This document shows, piece after piece, positions 13,198 to 25,300 of a stretch of DNA of 64,000 nucleotides. The translations under genes were made by a program, and so were the position numbers. The DNA is from Eledone cirrhosa. Its lineage: Eukaryota. The notes under the pieces are model-generated. The model was not told where the DNA came from, made no database searches, and saw only the letters and a program-made list of their open reading frames with translations. The stretch is taken from the NCBI GenBank assembly GCA_964016885.1, contig OZ024754.1:46271618-46335617 (forward strand). The letters run 5' to 3'. Position 1 is the first letter of the stretch. Each line of letters starts with the position of its first letter.

Positions 13198-14039
13198 GTG
13201 TAGATCGCAAACACTAAAGAGTTTGCAATGTCCTTGATACTACATAGGGGTCCCCTCAACATATATATATACTATACATATATATGTATACACTATTGGA
13301 AAGACAGCAGCACACGTGAGGTGGGGTGGGTGTTGCAATGGTCGCATTCCTGCTCTTCATTAAGATATCTCTCTAGAAGGTCACTCTGATATAAAGCTTG
13401 TGACTTCGTTTGCACCCAATGATGTCGGCCAATTCTACATTATGGTTAAATACATTCGATATTCACCGAGTGAGATTTGACCCGTGCTAAACCTTTCATC
13501 ACTTAAAAAAAGCTTCAATCACAGGCATCGCTTGATATGTGACGTTTTTTGCGATGCATGGAATTCCTGGCCATAGGCAAGTCTATTGTAGGACTAAAAC
13601 GCGATGTCCGTGATGTTTATGCTTAAGTATCAAGCGATGGCATTACCCGAACTCGAGCTGCAGCCATCAGCATGTATGTATTCAAGCATACACATATATA
13701 AACACACGTAGACACACACACACACATGTCAACAACTCAGCGATGGATATTTGTCATTCTGAGTTATCGTTCTTGATTGTCAAATAGTTGAACATTTGGC
13801 GGCATTGGAAGCACATGTACAGAAGAATTTAAAGACATTTACTGAAAGGCCGAGGACTAAAATTAATTGTAATTAATATATGGGAAATTCACATCTCTCC
13901 AAACATCTTTATACATTACATATCAAAAATATTCGATGCTATTCCAACATATTTTGTATTTAGTGGTAAGTTGTGTTTTTCTATACCCACAAAGATATAT
14001 GTTTTCGTTAAAGTGTTACACTATATATATATATATATA

Positions 14040-14129
14040 TACCGAGATATTTCTATAGTAAAAATACCAGAAGTGAAAAAATATATATATATTCATTTCT
14101 GGTATTTTTACTATAGAAATATCTCGGTA
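14040..14129. repeat. Perfect 33-bp-arm inverted repeat embedded in (TA)n
   Basis: TACCGAGATATTTCTATAGTAAAAATACCAGAA ... TTCTGGTATTTTTACTATAGAAATATCTCGGTA. Confidence 0.95.
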
Positions 14130-14259
14130 CATATGAGTGTCAGCCGTAAAGTTCATAATTGTTTCTACTTTTGGCTCAAGGCCAGCAATACACCAGTGTA
14201 TTACTGGTACTTTATTTTTTCGACCCTGTAAATATTATACACACAAACCAATCGTCTTT

Positions 14260-14641
14260 GTTACATTCATACAACCCAGTATTTTGCTATAATTGTTTTT
14301 GATGTCTAAAAAAATTATCAGAGGAATGCTACCACTTAATATAAAAATTTACCGGAGAGAGATTAGCAAAAATTGATAAGCAGTTGGGTTGGAAAAGATC
14401 TGAAAAATTAATAAGCATGGGGGCTGGGTACGATTATTTGAGACCGAAGAGTAATCACTATCTCAGCTGTACTTCGCAGAAAAAACATGGCGAAGGAATT
14501 GCTGCAGAAAACAACCAGCAACACCGGTTACACTATCCACTCATCTCCATTATCATGCATTTTATGAAGAAAAACTACAGTCCGGGATAATCGAGAATAC
14601 CAGCGGTCACGGCAGTGACCGGCTCGGTAAGGAAACGGTTA
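14260..14641 (+). mobile_element. Possible piggyBac-like transposon 3' remnant
   Basis: Weak YRREIS-like coding relic, palindromic GGTCACGGCAGTGACC and a terminal ...GGAAACGGTTA resembling a TTAA-target end. Confidence 0.3.
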
Positions 14642-14901
14642 GTGAAGTCCTGGTAATTCGCTGTATTCCTCACTATAGGTGACACTACCCAAGTTTTCTG
14701 GATTTCTGGCTAGGATCTCTGCGTTGCACCTCTTGAGTGTAAATTAAAACAGAAATCAAAATGCTGCTTTGCTTATCAAACAATTTGATCACCTCCTAAA
14801 ATACTTTATCGAACATTTTTCAAAATCGAAACACTATCTTATGAGACATGAACACAGACAGGTGCTACCCAACGTATATATATATATGCATCTATATATA
14901 C

Positions 14902-15139
14902 CAGGCATGAGCAACCCTTTTCGAGAAGCGGGCCGTATGAGATATGGCTCACCATCAGGCTGGCAACAAGCGCTAATTTAGATTCGTGCCCACATTTAAA
15001 AAAAAAAAGGGCGGTAACTCTGGTTGTTTTCCTCGATCGTAAAAATAATAGAAAGATAAATTACAACTGAAAAGTTTGAGTAAAAAAAAATCTGAAATAT
15101 TTCACTAAAGCTTGGCGGGCCGCAGCTTGCCCATGCCTG
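14902..15139. mobile_element. hAT (Charlie-type) MITE
   Basis: TIRs CAGGCATGAGCAA / TTGCCCATGCCTG, subterminal GCGGGCCG motifs, exact 8-bp TSD ATATATAC. Confidence 0.9.
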
Positions 15140-16004
15140 ATATATACATACATACGTGTGTATATGTAAATATATGTCTGTGTATGAATGTCATAGTTAG
15201 GTGTGTAACTACAGTTACACGCCGTTCGAAGGACTCAAGGCTGTTACGGGGTTCGTCTCGTCTGGGATGTATTCCAGAGTTACAGCTGTAATTTGCAGAG
15301 TGCCGATTGAAAAGAATGGAAGTCAGTGTTGCAGCATAAGTACAAACTGTATTGGCATATTACAATTGTTTTGATGTCGATCAGGTTAGAGTACAATCAA
15401 GATGACGGGACACGACCCTTTATTTTACATCTCGTCAGATATATGAATTTATATGTGCAAAAGCACATTTAAACTGTTAATAGAGGTCTCGATATCTATT
15501 TACACTTATTAATGGGTTTGTAGGGGGCCGAGGGAGTAACAGTATGTTTACATTTAAAGGTTGAAGGATAAACAATGATAATAATTATATATATATACAC
15601 CTTCTACTGAGGTATATAAATCTTATTTAATTCCTTCCATCAGAAAACGAATGATATCCTTTCAGATGATATATGGTGTAAAGAATAACATTTAAGAATT
15701 TTGTTTTCTCAATCATGTATTTCTGGTATATATATATGTGTGTGTGTGCATCATTTCACGTGTCTCCAATAAGTACAGCTGAAAAAGACGAGTAGCAGCA
15801 TTAGTTGGAGTTTAAGGAAAAATGGATTGAAGGTGTGAATTGATGTAACGGAAGGTGTTACTAAATTATTAAATTATGTAGGGGACTTTTAAGTCATGTC
15901 ACCGGTAACATAGACTACATGGCATCTATTAACGATATCTACATTTTTTAATGTATGAGTAAAAGTGGTGAGAAGTCTTTATGTAAAGATCACTAGCTAG
16001 AAAT

Positions 16005-16511
16005 ATGTCTGAATATAGCTGTGAGATTTGCAGGAAAACTTTCTCTTCAAAACTGAAACTATCTTCACACGAGAAAATACACATTGGAGAAAAAGCCTAC
16101 TACTGTGAAATATGTGGTAAATCTTTCACTAAAAATCTTCATCTTGTTGTGCACATACGGAGTCACACTGAGGAAAAACCCTTCCATTATGAAATATGTG
16201 GGAAGTCTTTTGTCTTGAGCTGTGACTTGAACAGATATATAAGAACACAAACTGCAGGAAAACCTTTTTCATGTGAAATATGTGGGAAATCTTTTTCTTG
16301 TAATTCTACTCTTGTAGTTCACAAAAGAGTACACACTGGTGAAAAACCCTTCCATTGTGAAATATGTGGGAGATCATTTTCTCAAAAGGTTCATCTTGTA
16401 GAACACAAAAGAATACACACAGGAGAAAAACCTTATTCATGTGAAATATGTCGGAAATCTTTCACTCGGAATTATTCAGTGGTTGATTACAAACATTGTC
16501 AACACTTGTGA
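16005..16511 (+). CDS. Tandem C2H2 zinc-finger protein (4 intact and 2 degenerate fingers); possibly a pseudogene or last exon
   Basis: CEICGKSF...H...HTGEKP repeats; finger 3 lacks a Cys and both His (HYEICGK...RYIRTQT); last finger is truncated. Confidence 0.8.
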   Translation: MSEYSCEICRKTFSSKLKLSSHEKIHIGEKAYYCEICGKSFTKNLHLVVHIRSHTEEKPFHYEICGKSFVLSCDLNRYIRTQTAGKPFSCEICGKSFSCNSTLVVHKRVHTGEKPFHCEICGRSFSQKVHLVEHKRIHTGEKPYSCEICRKSFTRNYSVVDYKHCQHL

Positions 16512-16829
16512 TAAACCCCATCACTGATAAATGCGAAACACTAATATACAGACACACTCTGAAAGGAAGAATATAAAATGTGAAGCTTGAGAAATCCTTC
16601 TCTTATACGTCTCAACATATTTATATATGTATGTGTGTTTATATATATATATATATATATATATACTCCTGTATCAAATGGAAGAAGTATATTGCCATAT
16701 ATCGAAGATTACCACAGAGCGGAGGACAAGATATGCTGGATATTACTACCGATGAATGGATGACCTGATGAGCTGGCTCCTGTGGTGGATACCTAAACAT
16801 AGTAAGACCCTACCGCCCAACTAACCGAC

Positions 16830-18374
16830 AGTGACAACATAATTGTTGGCGACCTAAATGGTCATGTTGGACAACATTGTGATAGCTATGATGGAATCCA
16901 TGGTGGCTACAGGTTTGGTACCAGAAATGAAGAAGGCTTTAGAATCCTGGAATTCTGTAACTCTAATAACCTAACTATCTGTAACACAAACTTTAAAAAA
17001 CCAGACAATCACTTGATCACCTATAGATCAGGGGAACATGCCAGTCAGATAGATTATATCCTTACCAGAAGATGTGAAAAAGTGTCTGTTGTAAACACTA
17101 TTTCCCTCCCCCGTGAAGAATGCACCTCCCAACATAGCTCATAGTTAGTGACCTCATAGTCAGGACGAGACGTATTCGACAACAGAGGAGGACTACCCTG
17201 AGAAGAAGAATATGAAAGTTAAAGGACCCCACAGCCAGTAACAAATTTAAAAGCAAATTACTTGATGCTTTTGACAGTAAAGAAGAGCAATTAGAGACAT
17301 ACAGTATAGAGGAACAGTGGGAATTCCTGAAAGTTAACTTGCTGAAGGCGACAGATGAAATCTGTAGCTGGAGCAGACCTATAGGCAGGAGGAGAGTAAC
17401 TTGGTGGTGGAACAGTAAGGTGGAGGAGTCAATCAAGGCCAAAAAGAGAGCTTGGAAAGTATGGCGGGATGGGGGAAGCAGAGAAGACTATCAAGTGGCC
17501 AGGAGGGAAGCTAGGAGACAAGTGTACTTTGCAAGAAGGGAAGCAGAAGAAATAAAGTTCAAGCATGTTCTACAACGCGAGGACCAAAAACGTGAGGTGT
17601 TCAGGATTGCTAGGCAATGTGTCAAGGAAAACCGTGATATTGTCGGGGAGAAGTGTGCTCGTAATGATGATGGTATACTTGTCATCACTGATACAGATAA
17701 AAAGGTAGCTTGGAAGTGTCACTACGAGAGGCTACTAAATGAGGAGAATAAGTGGGAAAAAGATAGTCTGCCCCAAAACAATCCAATAGAGGAACCAGCA
17801 GTGCAAGTTGAAGGTTGTATAATAAGTAAGGCAATCAAAGATATGGAGACAGGCAAAGCAGCTGGGCCTTCAGAGATAGTTGCTGAAATGTTGAAAGCAT
17901 CTGGATCGGTGGGACATTCTATGGTCACCCGGATAGTAAACCATGTCATACAGAATGGGGTTATACCAAATGACTGGCATAATAGCATCATCATCATTAA
18001 CTGCTACAAGGGTAAAGGAGATGCCCTATATAGGGGAAACTATAGAGGCATTAAATTAATTGACCAGGTCATGAAGGTCACAGAAAGAGTTATAGCGCAA
18101 TTAATAAGAGAGCGAATTGATCTAGACAAAATGCCGTTTGGGTTTGTGTCAAGTAAAAGTACCACAGACGCTCTTTTCCTTGTACGACAACTACAGGAGA
18201 AGTACCTAGCTAAAAGTAAACCCCGATACTTAGCTTTTGTTGACTTGGAGAAAGCCTTTGACAGAGTCCCCCGCTCCATTATCTGGTGGACTCTTAGAAA
18301 ACTAGGTGTTGATGAATTGCTTGTCATACAAACCATGTATGAAGAAAAAGTCAGCAAGGTTAGAATTAACAACG
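16830..18374 (+). mobile_element. Decayed RTE LINE (endonuclease C-half to N-half of RT), truncated by a SINE
   Basis: GDLNGHVG, SQIDYIL; ORF 17339-18439 with NYRGIKL, FGFV, FVDLEKAFDRVPR. Confidence 0.92.
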
Positions 18375-18704
18375 AATCATCATTTTACATCCGCTTTTCC
18401 CTGTTTGCAAGGGTGGGACGGGAACTGATTCTGGCTTGATTTCTACAGCCGGATGCCCTTCCTAACACCAACCTCATTTACAGTGAGTGCTGGGTGCTTT
18501 ATTTCCGTGGCGCCTACACGTCCACTTTACAGTGGAATGATAGGGACCCCTGTCCTATCATCTCATTTCTACAGCTGAGTAAACAGGAGCAATGTGAAAT
18601 AAAGTGTCTTGCTCAAGGAAACAACACATCACCCGGTGTGAGAATTGAAATCACAACCTTTCGATTGCCAGGCCAATGCTCTAACCACTAAGCCATGTGC
18701 CTCC
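18375..18704 (-). mobile_element. Full tRNA-derived SINE with RTE-derived 3' tail
   Basis: Reverse strand: GGAGGCACATGGCTTAGTGGTTAGAGC head, CCTTGAGCAAGACACTT core, then the RTE 3' UTR motif GGTGTTAGGAAGGGCATCC and a ...GATG tail. Confidence 0.85.
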
Positions 18705-18707
18705 ATC

Positions 18708-18755
18708 TACATATAAATACACATACATACATACATACATACATACATACATACA

Positions 18756-18787
<32 letters not shown>

Positions 18788-19530
18788 CATACATATACAT
18801 ACATATACATACATACACATACATACACATACATATATATACATAATATACATATACATACATACACATAAGCATATACACATATACACAATCATATACA
18901 CATATACACAAGCATATACACATATACACAAGTATATATACATATACACAAGTATATATACATATACACAAGTATATATACATATACACAAGTATATATA
19001 CATATACATACATACATATATACATATACATACATACATATACATATACATACATATATACATATACATATATACATATACATACATATATACATATACA
19101 TACATACATATATACATATACATACATATATACATATACATATACATACATACATATACATACATATATACACATCATACATATATACATACATATACAT
19201 ATATACATATACATACACACATATACATACACACATATACATACACACATATACATACACACATATACATACATATACACATATATACACATACATATAC
19301 ACATACATACATATACACATACATACATATACACATACATACATATACACATACATACATACATATACATACACATATATACATATACACATACACACAT
19401 ATATACATACACATATATACATACACACATATATACATACACACATATATACATACACACATATACATACACATACATATACATACATACACACACATAT
19501 GCATAAATATATATATATACATACATAAAA
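18708..19530. repeat. Complex (ATAC/ACAT/AC)n microsatellite
   Basis: Low-complexity tetranucleotide and dinucleotide repeats; the ORFs here are artefacts. Confidence 0.95.
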
Positions 19531-19543
19531 ACAAATTCACCTC

Positions 19544-22023
19544 ATGGACGAGAATGCAAGGGCTCCTCCTCTTTGTTTCGGTCGCGGATGGCTAACATAA
19601 CCCATCTCCCCCATTTCCCCCCGCTCCCACCCTCCAAACGCAATCTAAAACTTCAGAGTTGGTACCATGAATGTAGGCACCTTAAAGGGTCGCTCTAATG
19701 AGGTTGTAGAAATGCTTGAACGTAAGGAGGTCGATGTTTGTTGTATTCAAGAGACCAGGTGGAGGGGTGGGTCTGCTAGATTCATCGTGGGTAAAGAACG
19801 ATGCTATAAGCTTTTCTGGGTGGGAAATGACGATGGGCTGGGTGGAGTAGGAATCATGGTAGCAGAAAAGTGGGCAGATAAGATAATAGATGTAAATAGA
19901 GTGAACGACAGAATAATTAAAATAAGACTTGTCCTCAATAGAACTACGGTGACAGTAATATCTGCGTACGCACTCCAATCCGGACTGCCCGGCACTATAA
20001 AAGACAGATTCTATGAGACACTGATGCTCACTACCTCCCAAATAACCAACAGTGACTATATAATTATTGCTGGCAACCTAAATGGTCACGTTGGACAACA
20101 TTGTGACGGCTATGACGGAATCCATGGAGGCTATGGGTTTGGTACTAGAAATGAGGAAGGCTCCAGAATCCTGGAATTCTGTGACGCAAATAACCTAACT
20201 ATCTGTAACACTAACTTCAAAAAACGAGACAATCACTTGATCACCTATAGATAGGGGGACACACAAGCCAGGTAGATTATATCCTTACCAGGAGACGTGA
20301 CAGAGTGTCTGTTGTAAACACTAAATCCCTCCCCCATGAAGAATGCACGTCTCAACATAGACTCATAATTAGCGACCTCATAGTCAGGACGAGACGTATT
20401 CGACAACAGAAGAGGACTATCCTCAGGAGAAAAATATGGAAATTAAAGGACCCCACAGCCAGTAATAAATTTAAAAGCATATTACTTGATGCTTTTGATA
20501 GTAAGGAAGAGCAATTAGAGTTGTACAATATAGAGGAAGAGTGGGAATTCCTGAAAGCTAACCTGTTGAAGGCGACAGATGAAACCTGTGGCTGGAGCAG
20601 GCCTCTAGACAGGAGGAGAGTAACTTGGTGGTGGAACAGTAAGGTGGAGAGGTCAATCAAGGCCAAAAAGCAGGCTTGGAAAGCATGGCGGGATGGGGGA
20701 AGTAGAGAAGACTATCAAGTGGCCAGGAGGGAAGCTAGGAGACAAGTGTACTTCGCAAGAAGGGAAGCAGAGGAAAGAAAGTTCAAGCATGTTCTACAAC
20801 GTGAGGTGTTCAGGATTGCTAGGCAATGTGTCAAGGAAAACAGTGATATTGTCGAGGAGAAGTGTGTCCTAAATGATGATGGTGTACTTGCCATCACTGA
20901 CGCTGATAAGAAGGTAGCTTGGAAGTGTCACTACGAAAGGCTACTAAATGAGGAGAATAATTGGGAGAAAGACAGTCTCCCCCACATCGACCCAATAGAG
21001 GGACCAGCAATGAAAGTTGAAGGTAGTATAATAAGTAAGGCGATCAAAGACATGAAGACGGGCAAGGCGTCCGGGCCTTCGGAAATAGTTGCCGAAATGC
21101 TGAAAGCATCTGGAACGGTGGGACACACTATGGTCACCCGGATAGTAAACCAAGTCATACAGAATGGGGTCGTTCCGAAGGACTGGCGCAGCAGCATCAT
21201 CATTAACTGATACAAGGGTAAAGGTGATGCCCTAGATAGGGGGAAACTATAGAGGCATTAAATTAATTGACCAGGTCATGAAGGTCACAGAAAAAGTAAT
21301 AGCGCAACTAATCAGAGAGCGAATTGATCTAGACGAAATGCAGTTCGGGTTTGTGTCAGGTAAAAGTACAACAGACGCTCTTTTCATTGTACAACATCTA
21401 CAGGAGAAGTACCTAGCTAAAAGTAAACCCCTATACTTAGCTTTTGTTGACTTGGAGAAAGCCTTTGACAGAGTACCTCGCTTGATTATCTGGTGAGCCC
21501 TTAGAAAACTAGGTGTTGATGAATGGCTTGTGAGAGCTATACAAGCCATGTATAAAGAAACAGTCAGCAAGGTTAGAATTAACAACGAATATAGTGAAGA
21601 GTTGGTGTTCATCAGGGCTCCGTCCTTAGCCCCCTACTATTTATTATTGCTCTTCAGGCTATAACAGAGGAGTTCAAGACCGGCTGCCCATGGGAACTCC
21701 TATATGCAGATGATCTAACGCTCATAGCTGAATCAAAAGGCCTTAAAGTTAACTTGTCTAAGACTAAAGTTTGTAGGAAGTAAAATAGGGCACCGGTCCC
21801 ATCTGGGAAATGGCCATGCTCAGTGTGTAGGAAAGGAGTAGGTAGAAACTCCATGTTATGTCCCAAATGCAAAGTATGGCTACATAAAAGATGTAGTGGG
21901 ATCACAGGTAAGCTAACTAAGAATATAGATTTTATATGTGGCCGGTGCTCTGGTGCAATAAGTAGCACACAAGTGCCCACAGAATACTAACTCATTCCAT
22001 TGCACAGATGGTTCTATAGAAAT
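19544..22023 (+). mobile_element. Long RTE LINE (APE endonuclease plus RT) with stops and frameshifts, truncated at the 3' end by Helitron sequence
   Basis: MNVGTL...CIQETRW...ISAYA...GNLNGHVG (19667-20254), SQHRL, RT motifs HQGSVLSPLLF and LLYADD (~21700), Cys-rich insert. Confidence 0.93.
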
Positions 22024-23800
22024 ACCTCTCTCATCAATGATTAACAGGTCAGCTTGCTGCATAAGTTTACCTGTGTCATCCCTCTTTGTGAAGAAGCAAG
22101 TTGATTCAGCAGTCATATTGAGAGGAATCGTGCACTTGGAATGAAGAGTTCTTCGTTTGTGAAGCAAAGTGGCTGCTATTCCAGATATGGCAGTGGCAAG
22201 TGCAATTATTTTTTTACATTGGAGGTAATCCATTAGAATGCTTATGACCTGTACCTGCACTTGCATTCAAGCAGAAAATTCTGCCCTCATTTTCATTTAC
22301 AGAGGTAATTACTTTGTGAAAAAGAACCAGTTGCTGAGGATTCAATGTTGGCAGAAGTTGATTTATTTGTTTGCATGGACATGAATTGCTCATGACGTTC
22401 ATGCATGATATCCTCTGCAAGACAATTCTTCTATTTCTCCCAGAACTGCAGAGGGTCATTTGGCATGCAGTGCAATTAAATGGTGCAGAAGATCTGTGGC
22501 AGCTGAGGACCAACAGACTAAGTTAATCTTTATATGAAGTTTACCCAGCCTTGTGATGTATGATCATTCTGAGGTAATATAATTCAGATTGATGTCTTCT
22601 GAGAATGCGTCCAAGAGATTCACTCATAAATTGTTGATCACCATCCAGATGTCCCCTTTTTTTCTTTGCCATTTTTTGTTTGTCCAAGTGAAATATTTAG
22701 GAATATCAATATACAATATATCTTGTTCCAGCGGGTCTCTAATATTCAGTTGAAAATATTCCGTGAACTTAGTCATTGGCTGTCCCCTAGAAAGAACTTT
22801 CTTCCTGCCCTTGCTCAAACACGACCATTTGTTCCCCAGGTAAATGGCAAGGCAACTTTCCAGAATGCTTCACTGGCTGAGATGTACCATGCATTGATAT
22901 AGGTCTCAATTTCATTTCGAGCATGGACACAATTTCCTCGATCATCCTTAATAGTGAAAGTGATTTTGTCTGATCCTTTTGTGATGTACTTTAAGTAGTT
23001 AACAACCTTGACACTGTAGACAACCTCACAATTGACCATGCTGTCTACCCCTTCTTCTATACTTTGAAAAGGAACTTTTGGCAACAAATGCGGTTTGCCT
23101 TGGGATAACTGTTTGAGCATTGTTATTGTTGTCCTAGCCCTTCCTTTCATGAGCACATCATATTAACTTGTCCACATGGGCCATGAATGTTGCAAGATGG
23201 GGATGATCTTCTGTAGAATTGGAATCTCACAGTACACTACCTGATCAATGTCATCAGCAGTTTTGTGCTTACTATCTTCAGCCATTATCTGCAGAATATG
23301 AGCATGAGTGGGGCCTCGTTTCTGCCACTCTATTGTAGCAGAACGAGCAACAACTTTTCCTAGGACATTTTCTTTTTCAGTATGTCACCCATGAGGCTGT
23401 CATACTTGATGTTGAAGAATCTTGCACAAATATCAGGACGGTCTCTAGGTTCTTGACTAGGGTGCAAATTATTTTTTATTTCATCCCAGTTAGAGTTAGT
23501 TGTTACCGTGATGAAATAAGACGACTTTACCATGTCGAACCACAGTCATCGAATTCTGAAAGCACTCAGTGTAGAAGCGATTGGGAACCATAGATTGAAG
23601 GTGGAAGAACAATTCTCCGGCCTTCATTTACTGAATCTCCCTCAGCATCATAGAAACCCTCATACTTTTCAGCTCACATCACGGTTCGATTGTTACGGCC
23701 ATTTTGAGGTGACAACATTGTATTTTTCCCTGGGCATCTACAGCATATTGCTGCATCAGCCACCTGCTCTTCACGACAACATTAGTCACCTTGTCTAACC
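22024..23800 (-). mobile_element. Decayed autonomous Helitron: Rep (HUH) domain and N-half of Pif1 helicase
   Basis: Reverse frames: YFITVT, DRPDICARFF, IEWQKRGPTHAHIL (HUH), HGPCG, KYITKGSD, YISASEAFW, NASAGTG (Walker A-like), SGIAATLL, LLIIDE. Confidence 0.88.
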
Positions 23801-24167
23801 TGAAACCGATAACCAGTGGGTGTGAGTGTGTGGTTGTTGTCAATCCTTTTCAAACCAACCCGAAACCCATCATTCCCACAAGGAAACAGTAGCACAGGAC
23901 AATATTCACATTTTCAGAGACTGGCATTTTAATGACTTTCTTGAAGCTTCTTATATGATAAATGTTACCTATGATCTTAAATGTGGGACTAAACCCTGGC
24001 TTGCTCACCCCCCCCCCCTCTCTCTCTCCCATACACTGACATAAGATCATATAATTCAGCATTGTGGCTGTCTGTAAAATGTGAAAAGAAAGGCAAGGTT
24101 TTAACTGACATATAATTAGATGTATGTATTTATGCCATGTGCGTTAATTTATATACGCACAATAGTC

Positions 24168-24510
24168 AGTCTCCTGATCTGTTACAAACACAATTCTCAG
24201 GGCGAAACAGATTAAATCTCTAATCTGTCCGGGAGATGAAATAGTTATTGAAACTGTGTGTACATTTTACTCTATCCTGTATTTTCCGTTTGCTCGCACG
24301 AGGTGAAATATTCATTCGTGTAGCTTTTAGTTTTAGGTGTTTGTCACATTTCATCTTATCTCTCGCTGATGATGCCTACGGATTATCTGTTACAAACACA
24401 ATTCTCAGGGCGAAACAGATTAAATCTCTAATCTGTCTGGGAGATGAAATAGTTATTGAAACGATCTGTACATTTTACTCTTTATCCTGTATTTTCCGTA
24501 TGCTTCAGGT
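24168..24510 (+). mobile_element. Tandem ~208-bp hammerhead-containing unit (retrozyme or Penelope pLTR-like), about 1.6 copies
   Basis: 24177-24293 is repeated at 24385-24503; the GTC sites end at 24229 and 24437. Confidence 0.8.
24348..24450 (+). ncRNA. Type I hammerhead ribozyme (canonical core, GUC site)
   Basis: CTGATGA 24366-24372; stem II GCCT/GGGC with an extra U after A9; GAAA 24412-24415; stem III ACAGATTA/TAATCTGT; C17 at 24437; stem I ATCTCTCG/TGGGAGAT. Confidence 0.8.
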
Positions 24511-24526
24511 TAAATCTGTCAAACCA

Positions 24527-24566
<40 letters not shown>

Positions 24567-24971
24567 TCAACCAACTGTGACGCCTAAACCAATCAGCTTT
24601 AGTAATCCAGTGAAACTACACACCGATTGGTCGAAATACAGTTTTCAAGATTTAGCATTCTGGAGCCACTTTTCACAGTGGCAAAATTTACCCATCTCAT
24701 TACAGTTGAAAATTGCAAACTTGACTGTCACCACACATTATGAACCTGAAGATTGCGGAAGCATGAAAGTACTTGTTCAATTAACACTTAACATTTAATA
24801 TTCTACCATACTATTTCATTCTAATACTATAAATTTTAAAGGATTGTAAATAAAACGAGTAAATCAAAGTTGGAATTCCTTTTATTAATATAATCTTCTA
24901 TACATAATCATACACACCCGTGTATATCTATCTATCATATATATATATATATATATAATGACACACACATA

Positions 24972-25300
24972 TTGTCCTGGGTATGACATTAAACTACATC
25001 CAGTGACAAGGCTCCATTTCGGCAATTCATGAGCTGTGGGGAATGTGGAGTTACCCCTTAGTTGTCATAACTCCCAGGTCTGCTCTGGCCCGGAGCAGTG
25101 TTACCTGTTAGGGCCCCATTTATGGGTGAAATAATAAAAGAACCATGTAGTCGATTTAACAGCACTAAGGTTGTCAAGGCTTATGGGCACTCTGAATGTG
25201 AGGACAATTCGGACACTGAGAAATACTTCCCTGGAACTAAGAAGACCCCCACCCCGAAAAGAGGCCCGACCCAGTGGTGCCAAACCAAAAGGTATGCTTT
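24972..25300 (+). mobile_element. Probable LINE 5' UTR and endonuclease start fragment, partly duplicated at 26070-26150
   Basis: MGTLNVRTI resembles an APE N-terminus; GAGAAATACTTCCCTGG...CCCAGTGGTGCCAAACCA occurs twice. Confidence 0.45.

Noticed and set aside
15185-15445. Two hammerhead-like motifs on the minus strand (CAGACGA...GAAC; CTGACGA...AAAAC)
   Set aside because: Core substitutions and no convincing stem I; cannot be supported by eye
18681-19540. Long ORFs rich in M/Y/V/C/I (also 31517-33082, 36793-38518, 39308-40024)
   Set aside because: Translations of microsatellites that lack stop codons; not genes
19544-19605. Possible HDV-like ribozyme in the RTE 5' UTR (GGCTAAC motif)
   Set aside because: The nested double pseudoknot could not be built; the 5' part appears to be missing
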